Assembly: GCA_963924565.1 (NCBI GenBank) | Contig: OZ004612.1 | Span: 29,078,001 to 29,142,000 of the forward strand | Source of the DNA: Ascidiella aspersa | Taxonomy: Eukaryota | Direction of reading: 5' to 3' | DNA length: 64,000 nt | Shown: positions 22,801 to 35,500 of the stretch, in pieces | How the letters are laid out: each line of letters opens with the position of its first letter | Position numbering within the stretch: position 1 is the stretch's first letter | Translations under genes and position numbers: made by a program | Notes under the pieces: model-generated | The model's input: only the letters and a program-made list of their open reading frames with translations | Databases searched by the model: none | Told to the model about the DNA's origin: nothing

Positions 22801-25800
22801 AGCTCCCCTAATCCAACAAATTCGCTCATATTAATTGGAAGTTGGCAAAAACTATCGTCGCAATATTCGCTTGTAGTATTGTATTCCAATATCTTTCCAG
22901 TTATGGCTCTTATGCCAACCTACAGTGAAAAAAAACGTTTTAATCCCGCATTATTTAAGTTAAAAAAACGTGCAATTCTCGTTGTAGTTTTAATAAGTTT
23001 AAATTTAAGAATAGCTGGGCCAAACGCCTTTATCAGTGAATATGCTTCTATCTTCGAAGTGCTTCCTTAACTAAACTCCTTAAATCTAAAATATTTTGTT
23101 TTGTTAAATTTTGGTAACCTTAAAAAATGCCTGGGCATTTCAAATTATCTATTTATAAAGTTTTGGCCACGATAATGACGTAATTTGGTATCAGATCGGA
23201 TCGCCGTTATTTCTGTTAAAAATATATAAATTAATTAAAGAATTCTCTTACGTCAAAGTTAAACTGCTCTCCCGGTAGCGGATTCATAAAGTTCATTTGG
23301 CAACTTTCGCCCGATTTGATGACGTGAGAGTTGATGATCTCATCAGGTATTCCCGGTCCCATTTGAACCTGTTGTAGTGACGTAACGTTGGTGATGTCAT
23401 CACAACCCAAACTCGCAGTCACCTGAAAAGTAAGTTTGTGTCTGCTTTGTTCTTCATATTCAGAAATGTAACGTATATGGCTACAGGAAAAGATACACTC
23501 CTTTAAAAAGGGTTGCCATCATTTATCGATAAAGTTTATACTAATTTAGAAGGTATTTACCCTAATCTCTAAAATTTATCTAATTCATTGGTAATACCAA
23601 TCTATTTTTATAATTTCAAGTAATTGTTCTTTTTGAAATGTTATAGTTGTTTTAGATGTGCCCTGTTTTTTGTTTTTTTCAAAATGTATCCAAATTTTTC
23701 AATTTGACAAAACGTAGGTTTTAAAAAAGGACATGCTCAGTAGGCTAGTGATGAATGTTTCCTGGGCACAAGGACTTAATACTTCAAGTTGCACTTTTGT
23801 TGTGAGTTTCACCGTTACACTGTACTCGAGACGAGGTGTGAGCCCGCTTAGTATCGTCGAATTCTTGTCAGTTACAGTCAGGGTTGTTGGACTGACAGCA
23901 TCGTTCGTAGCTACAATGTGAACCTAAAAATAATAAAAAAAGTTAAAATCTGAGGATTCCCATACTGCGTTGTGGGGCATGAGGTAAGTCTGTAGAGTTA
24001 AGCAGTCTTGCCTTAGGACAGGGGCGTTTGCTTAAAGACAGGGGTCCAAAACTACGGCCATGGGGCCAGACCAACCCGCTTGATTAGTTAATCAAGCCCG
24101 CGGCATATTTCCTAAATAAAGGCGAAGTACAGTTGAAATGTTGCCGGATCCAATTAGAAAAATTTTAAACTTAGCGACAGCTATCTAAGACTTACTGCAG
24201 TTATTGTTGCATATAGTTATTTATATTTCCTTTATACTTTATAATATAAGTTTGCTGACCCCTTCTGCGGGATACATAAATAACGTGATTGGATTCCAAT
24301 ATATAACCTCTTAACATAAAAAACAAAGGAATTATAAGCAAAGCAAGTTGTTTAAACATGCTATTATCGTACACTATAAAAGATCTACCGTTAGTGTCTT
24401 GCTGAATTTATTGGCAAGTGGCATCATATTCCATCTAATATCCAGTGAAGTCGAATTGCATTCGAACTTCGTAACGTTGAAAAAGACTGCAGGAAAAAAA
24501 TGAAAGTTAGCCATTGTCCGATCGCAGTTCTAATAAAACGGTTGACCATTAATAGGTTCACGGTGCACTAAGTTTTACGGAAAGCTTATCCAAATCAAAC
24601 CGCCGTAAAATTTAAATAGCATCTATTAATAGTGCCCATCAATTTCGCAGATTTCTTACATTTGGAAATCAGTTGGAACTGCCAACTGGAAAGTTGTATT
24701 ATATTAATGTTGACAAGCTTTGGCACAGCCGTGCTTGATCAGTTTAAAATAATATAAAGCACGGTCGTGCGAAAGCTTCATTTCAACGCAATTATATTTA
24801 CAGTAAATTTGTCGTTCAACAGTGCCACCTGATTTCTAAAATTAGAACTAGACACAAACAGCTATCAACAAAACTTACCTATCGCTTATCAAGAGTAGAG
24901 ATGCTGTTAAAATTTTATATAGTGCCACATAATTTCCAAAATTTGAGAATATCATCAAAAACTTACATTTTGTTTGGCAAGAGTAGAACGACTTGGTTTG
25001 GTTGCAGTTTGTGGTCAACTCCTCGTTAACCAAGTGGCTCCATACTTTCTGCTGACAAGTAGAGAAACCCCGGTCTGTGAATTCAGGGGCTACAACCCCG
25101 TCATTCCAGTACCACTGGTTCTCCATGGGGTTAAACCGAGCTCCGATGAGAACGTCGGTTACTGAAAAGAATAATAGGAATAAGGAGGATTTTCAGGTGG
25201 TGTAAATAGGCTACGTTATTTTATGTTTCATGACTGATGCATATTTTCAGTCCCAGGACTGCCGCCTAATTGTGGTTAGACCAGTAACGATAAAGTAGTT
25301 GCGAAATGACTCTAATACAGCCTTTCTTAACCTAGGGTAAATTTTCTTTTTTTAGGAGGTAAATGAGCTATCAATCAAAGTATCCACATCAGTTGACTGG
25401 TCAGAAAAATTGTGCCAGCTATGGGTGTTGGTAGCCTACTTTCCTAGTTTATATCAACTGCTAATTCGAAGCTAGCCAATAGCTTATTTATTCTTTGTCA
25501 TCTAGCGTCGGTAATGGTATGCATCGCTACTGGTTACTTCTTTTAGTTTATTGGCAACATCCTTATCTCTCAGTTGCTTCATTTGTCGTTGCCAAAAAGT
25601 ATGGGCAGCTGTTGAATATAACTGCTGTAATTTGTTAAATTAGTTTTTTAATTATTGAGCACCATTTTATATGTTGGGGGTAAATCTAATATTCATCTTT
25701 GTTGAAAAGGTAAAACATAAAAAAAGGAACCCGGCTCGAATAGAATAATCAGTATTCTATCGCAGAACACGCCGACGCCCAGGCGTTTTTTTAAATCTTA

Positions 25801-28800
25801 GCTAATCATGTGCATGTGTAGATTGGTTTCAAGGATGACCTTCTTAAATGAATAACCCAATTAAAAACTGGTTCACAACGATATGATTTTTTTATTCCCG
25901 CTTCTGTAATCTGGTGACCTTGTTTATATCACATGAAACTATATTTTTGCTTTTTATGATACAAATGTGCGACTGTTTAACATACAAAGTAAATAAGCAC
26001 ATAAGGGGGTAAACAAAGCATATTATTTTCAAACAAAACTATAACTGGAGTAGTAAAACAAAATGTTACAACGTAAATCAAAATACCTGGGGCTTGAATA
26101 ACACTTATCAACTTCGGTCAGATATTATCGGACCTCCCTAGGCCATAGCTAATTATTTTGAGACAAACTTAATATAGGACTAGTAAAACAAAATGAATAT
26201 TTTGTTGCAGCTAATTAGTCATTGTATCAATGGTAAAACTGTTTTTCCGGCAATTTTTATATAACCTATGCAGGAAAAACGAAATAATTAATATAGGACC
26301 AGTAAAGCAACATGTTACAACGTAAATCAAAATACCTGGGGCACGAAATTGTCCCCTTTTCAAGATGGAAGTTCTGTAAGGCTCGTCGACCGCAGTTAGG
26401 CGATCGGTGATCGGAGGTGATGGCGAGTAGTATTTGTATATTTCTTTAAATCGTGGGTCGGTTGGTGAGTAGGTGGTGTAGAACTTGAAAACTAGATGCC
26501 AACCTGCAGTAGATATTATGTATTGGTCAAAATCAGTATTCTATGTTACACCTGCCCTAAAACTTTACCGGGAGAGAGAGAGATAGCTGATCTGCAGAGA
26601 TTGTACTTTGACCTAATGAAACACATTTATGCTAAAGCTTGAGAATCAATACAATTTGTTTTTATGTAATGGCACCTAATTATCCTATTTAGAATTAGAC
26701 AAATACTGCCATTTGCAAAGATTGGTCAATATAAGTTGATGTACCTTGATTATGTTTATAGGATTTGTATTGGGCAATTACCCGATACAAAATGGTAGTA
26801 TCAGTACCAAATGAAACATATTGGAACGAAAATTGGATTCTCAAAAAACAAATTTGGATAATTCTTAGTTTATTATCTGTTTGTAATAACTTTGTTTGCC
26901 TTAAGATTTTCCGTTGAAGACAGTAGCCTATGTCACGATTATGGATATCCGATATTTGACGTTTTATTCCGATACTTTGGGTATCGAGATTCGATCAAAT
27001 ACCAAATGACCTCATCGTTATGCTAAAACAAGAAAAATAGATAAAAAATCAACGGTATTTTTCCAGGTGATTAGGTCAAAATTTCGGTTATCTTTAAGAA
27101 GTTTATTTATACTTCCAGATGCAACTACGATTTGTGATTAAACGCAGCGATTTCTATTTTGAAACTTAACTTATTCAAAAATACGACGTAAGCGACTAGA
27201 GATAACTAAACTTGAAAGCTGAAAAAAAAAACTTTTAAAGGTTTTAATTTCATCTATTTTGTTTGTTTATTTGGTATCAGCTTTTTGTCCAAAACATCGG
27301 TATCGGAGTAGTGTGTCAAGTATCGGATAACCGTGATATGCTGTTTTTGACTAAAAGGCAAATTTTAGGGCAAAATAAGTTATTACAAACAGATAGTAAA
27401 CTAATAATTATCCGATTTTAATTATTTGACAATTCGATTTACGTCCCAAGATGTTTTAGTTATATATTGAATATATCAAATTATGAATTATATTTTAGAT
27501 ATGCTTTCCTAGACGTTTGCTGTTAACTCGTTTAATTTTAACTAAAAGTCGTATTTCGTTTACATAAAAATGATAGCCCAAACTATTTCGTCTTAAAAAA
27601 CTTTTAGTATAAATAATTATAGTCGAAGAGGTGCTAGCGTAAAAGAGCGATCAGGGTAAATAGCCACTTCCATTAAATATACGTAACGTGCAATTTGAAA
27701 AGCCTGTCTACACAATCTGTACCTGGGCTACATGTAACTCCACTGTCTTCAACCAACCACGTTTCAAATGTAACGTTATATCTGCAAAAGCTGATTGGAT
27801 TGTTCGATGTATTGGAAGAGCTGTGTGAAAAACATACATGTAAGTAGCAATGTCCGATAAAAAGGTATCGGGGACGGATTTAGAGACGTGGGCACATGAC
27901 CACACTTTGTTGAGGTATGACGTAACATTGTGATGTCACTTTATGACGTCATGTATTACGTAACTCTGTAACATCACGTAATTACATAACTTCGTGATTT
28001 CTATGCATCACGTTTCGACGACATTATGACGTAACTTTTTGTGACGTCGCGTATTACGCAACTTTACAACGTCGCGTAATGACCTAACCTAGTATTTTTC
28101 CTAAACAAAGGTTCGCGCCTGAATGATAATATTCGATAATATCGGGTCGTTGCCGGGACCAAGTGACAAGTATCGATACTCGTCCCACACCAGGGTTGTA
28201 TCGGTGCCGATGCGATACCAAATTAACATAGAGATTATTGCCTTTAAATTTACCTATGAACGTTTCAAGTTAAATGTTTTGATTCTTTGTGCATTGATTT
28301 TTTTAATTACGTCATGTGGTATCGGATTGTTACGGTACTACGTTCTGGAAAAAACATGGTGTATCGGTATTGGAATCACTGAAATAAGTTTTGAATAACC
28401 AAAGCTTTGACCTTTCAGATCGTAACTTGTGTATTAAGTAACGCTCATCAAAATTAGCTAGCCCTCCCAAGGAGTTTATGCAAGAATCGGAATACTTAAA
28501 CATGCCGGCGAACAGTATGATTTAAATTACGTTGTTTGTCACAACTTCTTAATTTTAGATGGTTCTTATGCTGATTTATCAATTCGGTTTATATTATGTT
28601 GTTACTCATTGTGTTATAGTCTGGTTAGGCTTACATTAATAAATTAGCTGGGCATTTTAGGTGTTAACTATTTATGCTTATTACTCGCCTGTTGTAAAGA
28701 TCGATATACCACGTCTGGCCGAGAACTTGAGTGCTGAACCATTTGGATTCATTGTTTTCTGGTGATAGTGTGTATTGATAGAGATCTGTGCCATTCGGGT

Positions 28801-30170
28801 GTTCTGAGTCGTAGTATATCCAAATTCTCTGCAAATCTAAGACCAACAAGATTGGTAAAAACGTCATTTTTTTCTAGAACATATATAAAAGGGCGTATCT
28901 TCATAGAATCCAAAACCATTGGCAGAAGGTTTCTGCTTTTCGATCACTGTTTCGCTGACGCGTATATTAACAATAAAACTCAAAGTTGAATACCCCGAGT
29001 TAACCAGGTTCACACATTTCAAAATATGTATATATAAATTTCGCCTATACTGGCATCGTCACTTCCTTACTTCGAATGAATGAATTCCCTTTGAGTTTTA
29101 TTGTTTATTGTCATACAGTTTCACTGTTGATACGCTAGATTCTCTGCGAATCTATAAAGGAACGAAATAGGTACGAAATGTCAGTTTTTAGTAAAACAGT
29201 TTCACTGTTGATAATCTAGCAAACCTGCAAATTTGAGAGCAACAAAATAGGTACCAAATGTCAGTTTTTATTAATACAGTTTCTCTGTAGATACTCTAAA
29301 AAATATAATTTTTTAGCCATACACCTTTTCTGTTGACACTAACCTCCAGAATACTTTGATTTGGCTCCGTCGGTAACGATTTGCTTGACATCTGCTTCTC
29401 TGGTGACAGACAAATATCCACCTAGCTCTTCGCATCTTTCCTCTGCCGTATACGCATCGCTCAACTCATCCGATAAAGTGATCACGCTGTGTCCGTCCGA
29501 TAAGAGATCGGGTTGGCAAACTGTTGAATTAGATTTTCTTACTTTTTTTAAACTGTTTTTGGTGCTACATAGCCTACTATCGGTGCAATGACTTAAGTAC
29601 ACGTTTTTTTCATTTACTTGAATGAAGTCTTAAAGTATAAAATGGCTAGACGTGGACTTAAATCATTTGTCTTGGACCTAAGTTATTACAAAGTACAACA
29701 GCGCTACGCACATTATAAAAGCGAAAGATTTATACAAACGTGATCAACAACTGTGATCTAGCCCTTATTGGAAACGACCTAGATTAAAATCAGATGTTTT
29801 AAATGAATACTATTTTGATAAAGTTGGGTTATTTACTTCATTTTTTGACTCTACTTGTTATTTTTTGCGAATTACTGGACTTGGTCGTAAGTCGTAATAA
29901 GAATAACTAGTTTTCAACAATTTTCTAGCCTTGCATCATAATTAATCGACAGTATCGATTAGTCTGCCATTAATTGTATTCGGTGTCTTAATGATACACA
30001 AGCCTTTATCGTTGGTCACAAAACAGCTTCAGGAGGGATATATCTCAGTTAATAAACTCATATATGTATGTATCTTTCATTTACAACAACGCTACGTACT
30101 TACCTAATCCCATTAAGGGCTGGAAACTATACAACAGAAATAACCAGAAAACAGCACATTTTTTATTCAT
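10890..30170 (-). CDS. Receptor 2: type I membrane protein, 2x[split CTLD + ABC insert + 2 FN3-like] + TM + short tyrosine-motif tail (~977 aa)
   Basis: 24 phase-consistent exons: 30104-30170 (signal peptide MNKKCAVFWLFLLYSFQPLMGL), 29344-29520, 28689-28836, 27723-27820, 26336-26503, 24967-25161, 24389-24486, 23813-23923, 23252-23422, 22791-22919, 20981-21059, 19863-20039, 18949-19084, 18190-18281, 17694-17852, 16972-17100, 16377-16486, 15457-15567, 14749-14919, 12945-13073, 12331-12391, 11732-11834 (TM AVVVGSICGGLAAIGLLVGVCYCCG), 11121-11149, 10890-10975 (TAG stop). Total 2934 nt, open frame; two introns need GC donors. Confidence 0.85.
19696..19819. repeat. Short hairpin element
   Basis: actaaaaagaa...ctccaacgtttcggctacc / ggtagccgaacgttggag...ttctttttagt. 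Confidence 0.65.
20790..20900 (+). mobile_element. tRNA-like repeat copy
   Basis: gctcagttggtagagcgaccgtcctggtatgaccgaggtcgtgagttc. Confidence 0.75.
21472..21636. mobile_element. Palindromic foldback/MITE family (aagaatatcaaagcccatacagaagtagg arms)
   Basis: Near-perfect inverted arms aagaatatcaaagcccatacagaagtaggtatcatttt / aaaatgatacctacttctgtatgggctttgatattctt. Other copies at ~15095-15300, 18420-18605, 30746-30915, 31895-32072, 33300-33372, 40859-41030, 51765-51930, 59825-60020. Confidence 0.85.
25318..25734. mobile_element. Degenerate hAT-like MITE
   Basis: Begins cagcctttcttaacc; flanked by ctctaata / ctcgaata (7/8); right TIR decayed. Confidence 0.45.
26820..27450. repeat. Long imperfect inverted repeat (~150-bp arms), foldback-like
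   Basis: ggataattcttagtttattatctgtttgtaataac...tccgatatttgac (~26856-26960) versus gtcaagtatcgga...gttattacaaacagatagtaaactaataattatcc (~27315-27413). Confidence 0.7.
29116..29300. repeat. ~80-bp tandem repeat (~2.3 copies)
   Basis: acagtttcactgttgata...aaataggtac-aaatgtcagttttta repeated. Confidence 0.7.
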
Positions 30171-32589
30171 CCCTATCTCCTGTAGTACTGTAACTGATTC
30201 AAAACACACACTGTTCCTACTGAATAAAACACAGGCTATTCATATCGCAAGGCTCTGTAAACTACGATTTACATCCAGTTAACTTACAAACGTTATATTT
30301 TATTGCTAAAACTTTTATGAACAGTTGTACGTAGCTTACACAACGCTTGTTAAAGCCAACCACACAACTAGCTGGCATTTTACTAGTTGGCAGTGTGGGT
30401 TCGCAAACAGTTGATCCAGACGTCGATCGACTGGCAAACAATGTCGGACAGCTCGCATTTTGGTAAACATTGCAATTAACTATGCAAACAACAAGCTAAT
30501 GTTTTCAGTTCAAGGATTCCTGATTTATTTTTCAAAGGGAAGCTGAACAAAGTTATTTCTAAATCCAGCTGGAAAATATAGACCAAATAATGTGGAATAT
30601 ACATTATTACAGTAATAAATACAAGCACCTTTTCCTTTTAAAACCAAGCACTCTGTTTAGGATTTAAGTACATTAATTTGTCAAATTGTTGGCAGTTGTC
30701 GATATTACATTGTTTATCAGTTGCGAAAGATATTTTTGTTTTAGGGCATAATGGTTGGAGGTTGTAGTAAGACGTAGAAACAAATATCAAAGCCCATAAA
30801 GTAGATAGCATTTTGAACGTTCAGGGTGCCTTCACAATGTTGAAAATGAATAAAGGGATATTCGAAACGTTCAAAATGAAATCTATTTCTGTATGGGCTT
30901 TGAGATTCTTAGTACATATTTTTATTTTATTTTTGCATTTGTCTTTTGGAGGGTCAAAATACCCCCTCCCTTATCCCTCAAATCTGCTGGTATCAGTTTT
31001 GCAGTTGTACCGAATTCGGAATAATCATTTGCCGCCTTAACATGAATCATTTTCTTCTTATACTTCGCTGCTCTGATGAAATAACATTTGGTCGCCTTAT
31101 TGCTTAACTAACAATTTTATCTTTACTGTAACAGCTGCTTCTTCCCGTCCAAGTTTAAAATTGGCTTACATTTAATGACAACCAATTACGTTGATCACAA
31201 TAAGTATATTTCACTAAAAAATTAGACGGCTCTCAAACCAGTATTGGTATTAACAGTTAAAAACGTTCACCTATAGTGCGTAAGGCTTGCCGAAATAGTC
31301 TTACCAACTTGATCACAGAATATACATTGTATTTATAAACGCATCAGTGCGCTAGCGGGATGATACCAAAATAATGCAATGCTTCCATTAGGCCTACATT
31401 ATATTACCATATTTAATCGAAAATTATGTTTTTTTGACACTTTTGTTTTATCGCGAGTTATCGATAAACAAACAAGCAAACGATACAGTGTACTTTGTCG
31501 CAGAAGGTAAATATCCACTTAAATATTGCGATTACGTGTTGTATAAGACAGCCGGATAAGTACATTTAAAACTCAACACTGTTCAATTGACGGACAATTT
31601 ACAATCACGTACTATATAACCGCCTCATTGGAAACTTAAAATTGACCAGTTTGAAACCAAATTTTTATAAATATTTTAGCTTTGATACTGCGGTAATCAT
31701 CCATGTTAATCTTGTTCGAGTAAAAGTCGAACTCACACCCTAAGGTATATATATTTACTCCTCTAACTAGATTTGTTATTGTTAACTGCGTTGTTGACTT
31801 TAAACTAATAATACAGAATAAACACGATTTTAAAGTGGTCTATTTTAGGCCGAAAGCTACACCGTTTTAACATAAAAGCATTTAAAGCCGTATTAAGAAT
31901 ATAAAAGCCTATTCAGAAGTAGGTATCATTATGAACATTCCGAAATCTCTTTATTAATTTTCAAAAAATTATTCGGAACGTTTAAAAGGCTTTCGACCTT
32001 TGCATGGGCTTTGATATTCGTCATACGTCTTACGTCTTACATTCTTAAAACAACCTCCAACCATCATGCTCCAGCATTTGAATGCGTTTTCGTCTGATAT
32101 TTTACAACAGATTACGATCTTCAATTAAAGAAACAGCTCTACCACAAAAAAATATCGATGAGCCAATTAGTGTAACTTATTGTGATTTACAGCAAAGCTC
32201 AGTGCGTTCAACTGAGAAGATTTACAGTCGATAAGAAAATACACACACCATTTTGCGATGAGACGAACAACGCACTTCGCCTTACGTTCTGTGTACAAAG
32301 CGCAAACAATTAATTTATCTTAAAATAAATAGGAGCAGGAAACCAGTGATTAGCCTTAACGATGTCACTATTTTTATCTTAATTGGAATTGACTGCGCAA
32401 ATAATTTTCGATACCTCACGAAGTTAGTAATATAGCATTTTTACAATTGTTTTACATTTTTTTGTCATTTTGATTAAAAAATGAACGATTTAACATCTAC
32501 AGTACAATTGATTTTATTACAGCTGTGAACACGTAAGGTTAATAATATTAGTAATACTTAAAAGCGTTTTTACAACTGTCTAACTGCAC

Positions 32590-35500
32590 TTAATTAACAG
32601 ATACGCAGTAAGCGTTCTCCTCGTTTGTAATCGCGATCGGAACACTCGTCACTTCCGGTTCCGCTTCCGGTTCTACTTCCGGTTCCGGTTCGTCTTCCTG
32701 AAAGTTTTGATTGACATATTGGTGGAGTAGAACGGGCGGATCCATAGCTGCCACGTAGCATTCGATGTAGCGTTCCTGAAAAGGTAAGCATTTTTTCTTG
32801 TGATATCTTTAAAATGAAGTCCGAATACTTTGACTACGAAAAAAAATCCAACAAATAAATTTTTCTTTTGATAACAGAAATAAATATTACTATATGAACT
32901 GTTGCTACCAGGCATAATATTAATCATAAATAGCTCTTTAACTTTTATATCTGATAGATTTTAGCTGTGAGTAATGAAATTCGTTATACGAAAACCATCG
33001 AATTTGCTTTTTTCAAACAAATTCTACAATCACCCAAAACGCATAAAGGTGTCATCTCTTTAGTATATTTTTTACCGGAGAGTCCACCATGTTTGGTCTC
33101 ATATCTCGTAGATCTTTAACAATGCGGAAAACGTCCACCGTGTCATTGGACTTTAAACATTCCAGAATGTTCACCAGGGCAATGAAAGTTCCAGTTTTTC
33201 CACAGCCGTTCCTGAATACAGCAAAGTGTAGTGTTTTTTTAAATCATGGCATTAATTATTGATTTGATATAGCTAACAAACTATAAGATAGGCGTAGTAG
33301 GGAATATTAAAGCCCGTAAACAAGTAGGTAGCATTTTAAACGTTTCGAATAACTCTTTAATTTTTTTCAACATAGTGAGAAGCCACTGATTCTAAGTATA
33401 TATATACTGCCGAGGCAAAATATCATATAATATGATGTGTGTAAGTTAATTTGTCTACAATTAAAAGCATAGACGCCCAGTTTTCATAGTGGGCTTTTTA
33501 GCCTGAAAGCGAGTCTTTTTAACATTAAATAGAAACACGATGTTTACATAAACCAGCAGTTTAAAGATTTTGTTTTCTGAAGCATACTCACTTGCAGCAA
33601 ACTACAACGTATTTTCCACCATTGCGTGCGTTGATTTCCTGCATTTGTGCGATCAGTTTAATGAAATCGTAAGCCATGGGAGGTTTGTCTTTCCAATCGT
33701 TTGCTTGAATAACGCAAACATCACAAGATTCCTAATCAAGTAAGATTTTAACATACTTTTAACATGTTATTTGTATTAAAAGGATGCAGCAGGCAACCGT
33801 GCTATAGTTGTTTGTCGACTTGCTTTCCTCGGAGCCTGTGTAGCTCAGTTGGTAGAGCAACGGTCCCGGTATGATCGAGGTCGAGAGTTCGAACCTCACC
33901 ACAGGCAAGTTTTACGAACAAGATGCAGCAGGCAAAGGAGCTATGGTTGTTCTCGAATTCGCCCCCCCCCCCCCCCCTCTGAGCCTGTGTAGCTCGATCT
34001 TCGCGGTAGAGCGATGGTCCCAGTATGGCCGATCGTGAGTTTCAAAGTTCTCCACAGGCGAGTTGTTTTTCTAGCTTACCTTGCTTTCGACTGTTTTGGT
34101 AAATTTGTCGAAGGCTTTCGTTGTAGAAGTACATTGAACATTTATACATGCAAACTGTACAGAATGCGTAATCTTATCATTCAGGAGTCGCCCGTTTGAT
34201 TAACGATAATGTTGTACCAATATGTCTATGATTGTTTTAGTGACTTGATAGGGTACAATAAAACCCATTCAATCTGAAGTGGTTTGTACAAATAGGTGTT
34301 ACAGTTGGCTTTTGATGAGTGATTCACCTTTAAACTGGTTACCTCAGTCCGGCGATCGATGTTCATTATATGACTAAGGTAGTGCGTTCGAACCTCGCCA
34401 CAGGCTAACTTCGATTGCACGCAATCACTTATGACATAGCACATATTAAGAGTATATTACCTGGTTAGTTGTAGAGATAGAAACGTCGTGGATTCTGGCA
34501 AATGGAAGTTTCGCTGTGTTGGCTACTGCTAAACTTATGCCGCCGTACTGTTTCATTTTTGCCTTGAATAGCTTCTTCTGTAAATTAAAGAGCTGTCTTC
34601 GAGATTTGGTAAAGTTGTCTGCTTGATATTACCAGTGATTTTTAATTGTTAAACTGGAAGGCGATTCAAATTTGCAAACAAAAAAAACGTACAATAAGTA
34701 AAATTCACATTTTAAAGACAGTAACGAGACACATATACTGTATGGAATATGTCAATTGATTTACCGTAGTAAATAAATAAGAATGATAGCATTATTTTTC
34801 ATCAAAAATTCGACTCAAAACTTTGCGGTCACTGCACTCCAGTTTGACAAACACTGATATAGACACACTAACTTACGGTTTCATCAAGACACACAAGAAC
34901 GCTGACGTTTTTGGCCAGTAACATTTTCCAAAATTCTTCCTCTTTTCCCGCTACTGGACACTGGGTGGCGATAAAGTGTCCGCCAAACCGGTTCTGTAAA
35001 GCATACGGCTTTAAATTTACCAAAATGCAAACTTAATACAATAGGTAACCTTTTTTATATGGCTGACCCCTTTTGCTTTTTAACATGATAGCGTGTCCCA
35101 TTCCTTTTAAACCAAATAATTCTTTTATCTAACCCTACAATAATTAATTACTCTCCGAATACTACTCCAGCAAGCTAAACTTTGTGAACACAAGCTGAGA
35201 TGCTTTATTATCATTAACATTTAAGTAATATGTAATGACAATAATGCCCTTTAGCTAATATAATGTAAATCAAATCACTTAAAAGATGTTACGTGGGCCC
35301 TTAAAACTTCTAAATAAAATCCAGGTTGAGGAACATTACTTTAGAGAAACCTGTCCCTTAAATAATTACCTCAATGTATGAAGCATTCGTTTTTATCTCC
35401 ATTTGTTCTGTTTCAGACCATATCTTGACTGCGTTGCTGTTATCTATATATTGAAGTATTTATTGTTTATAATTTAACTGAAACATCAAGTAAATAGCCA

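Noticed and set aside
33834-33907. Functional tRNA-Thr(GGT) gene
   Set aside because: Many divergent copies, C instead of U33, T-stem mismatches and shared repeat flanks indicate a repeat, not a tRNA gene.
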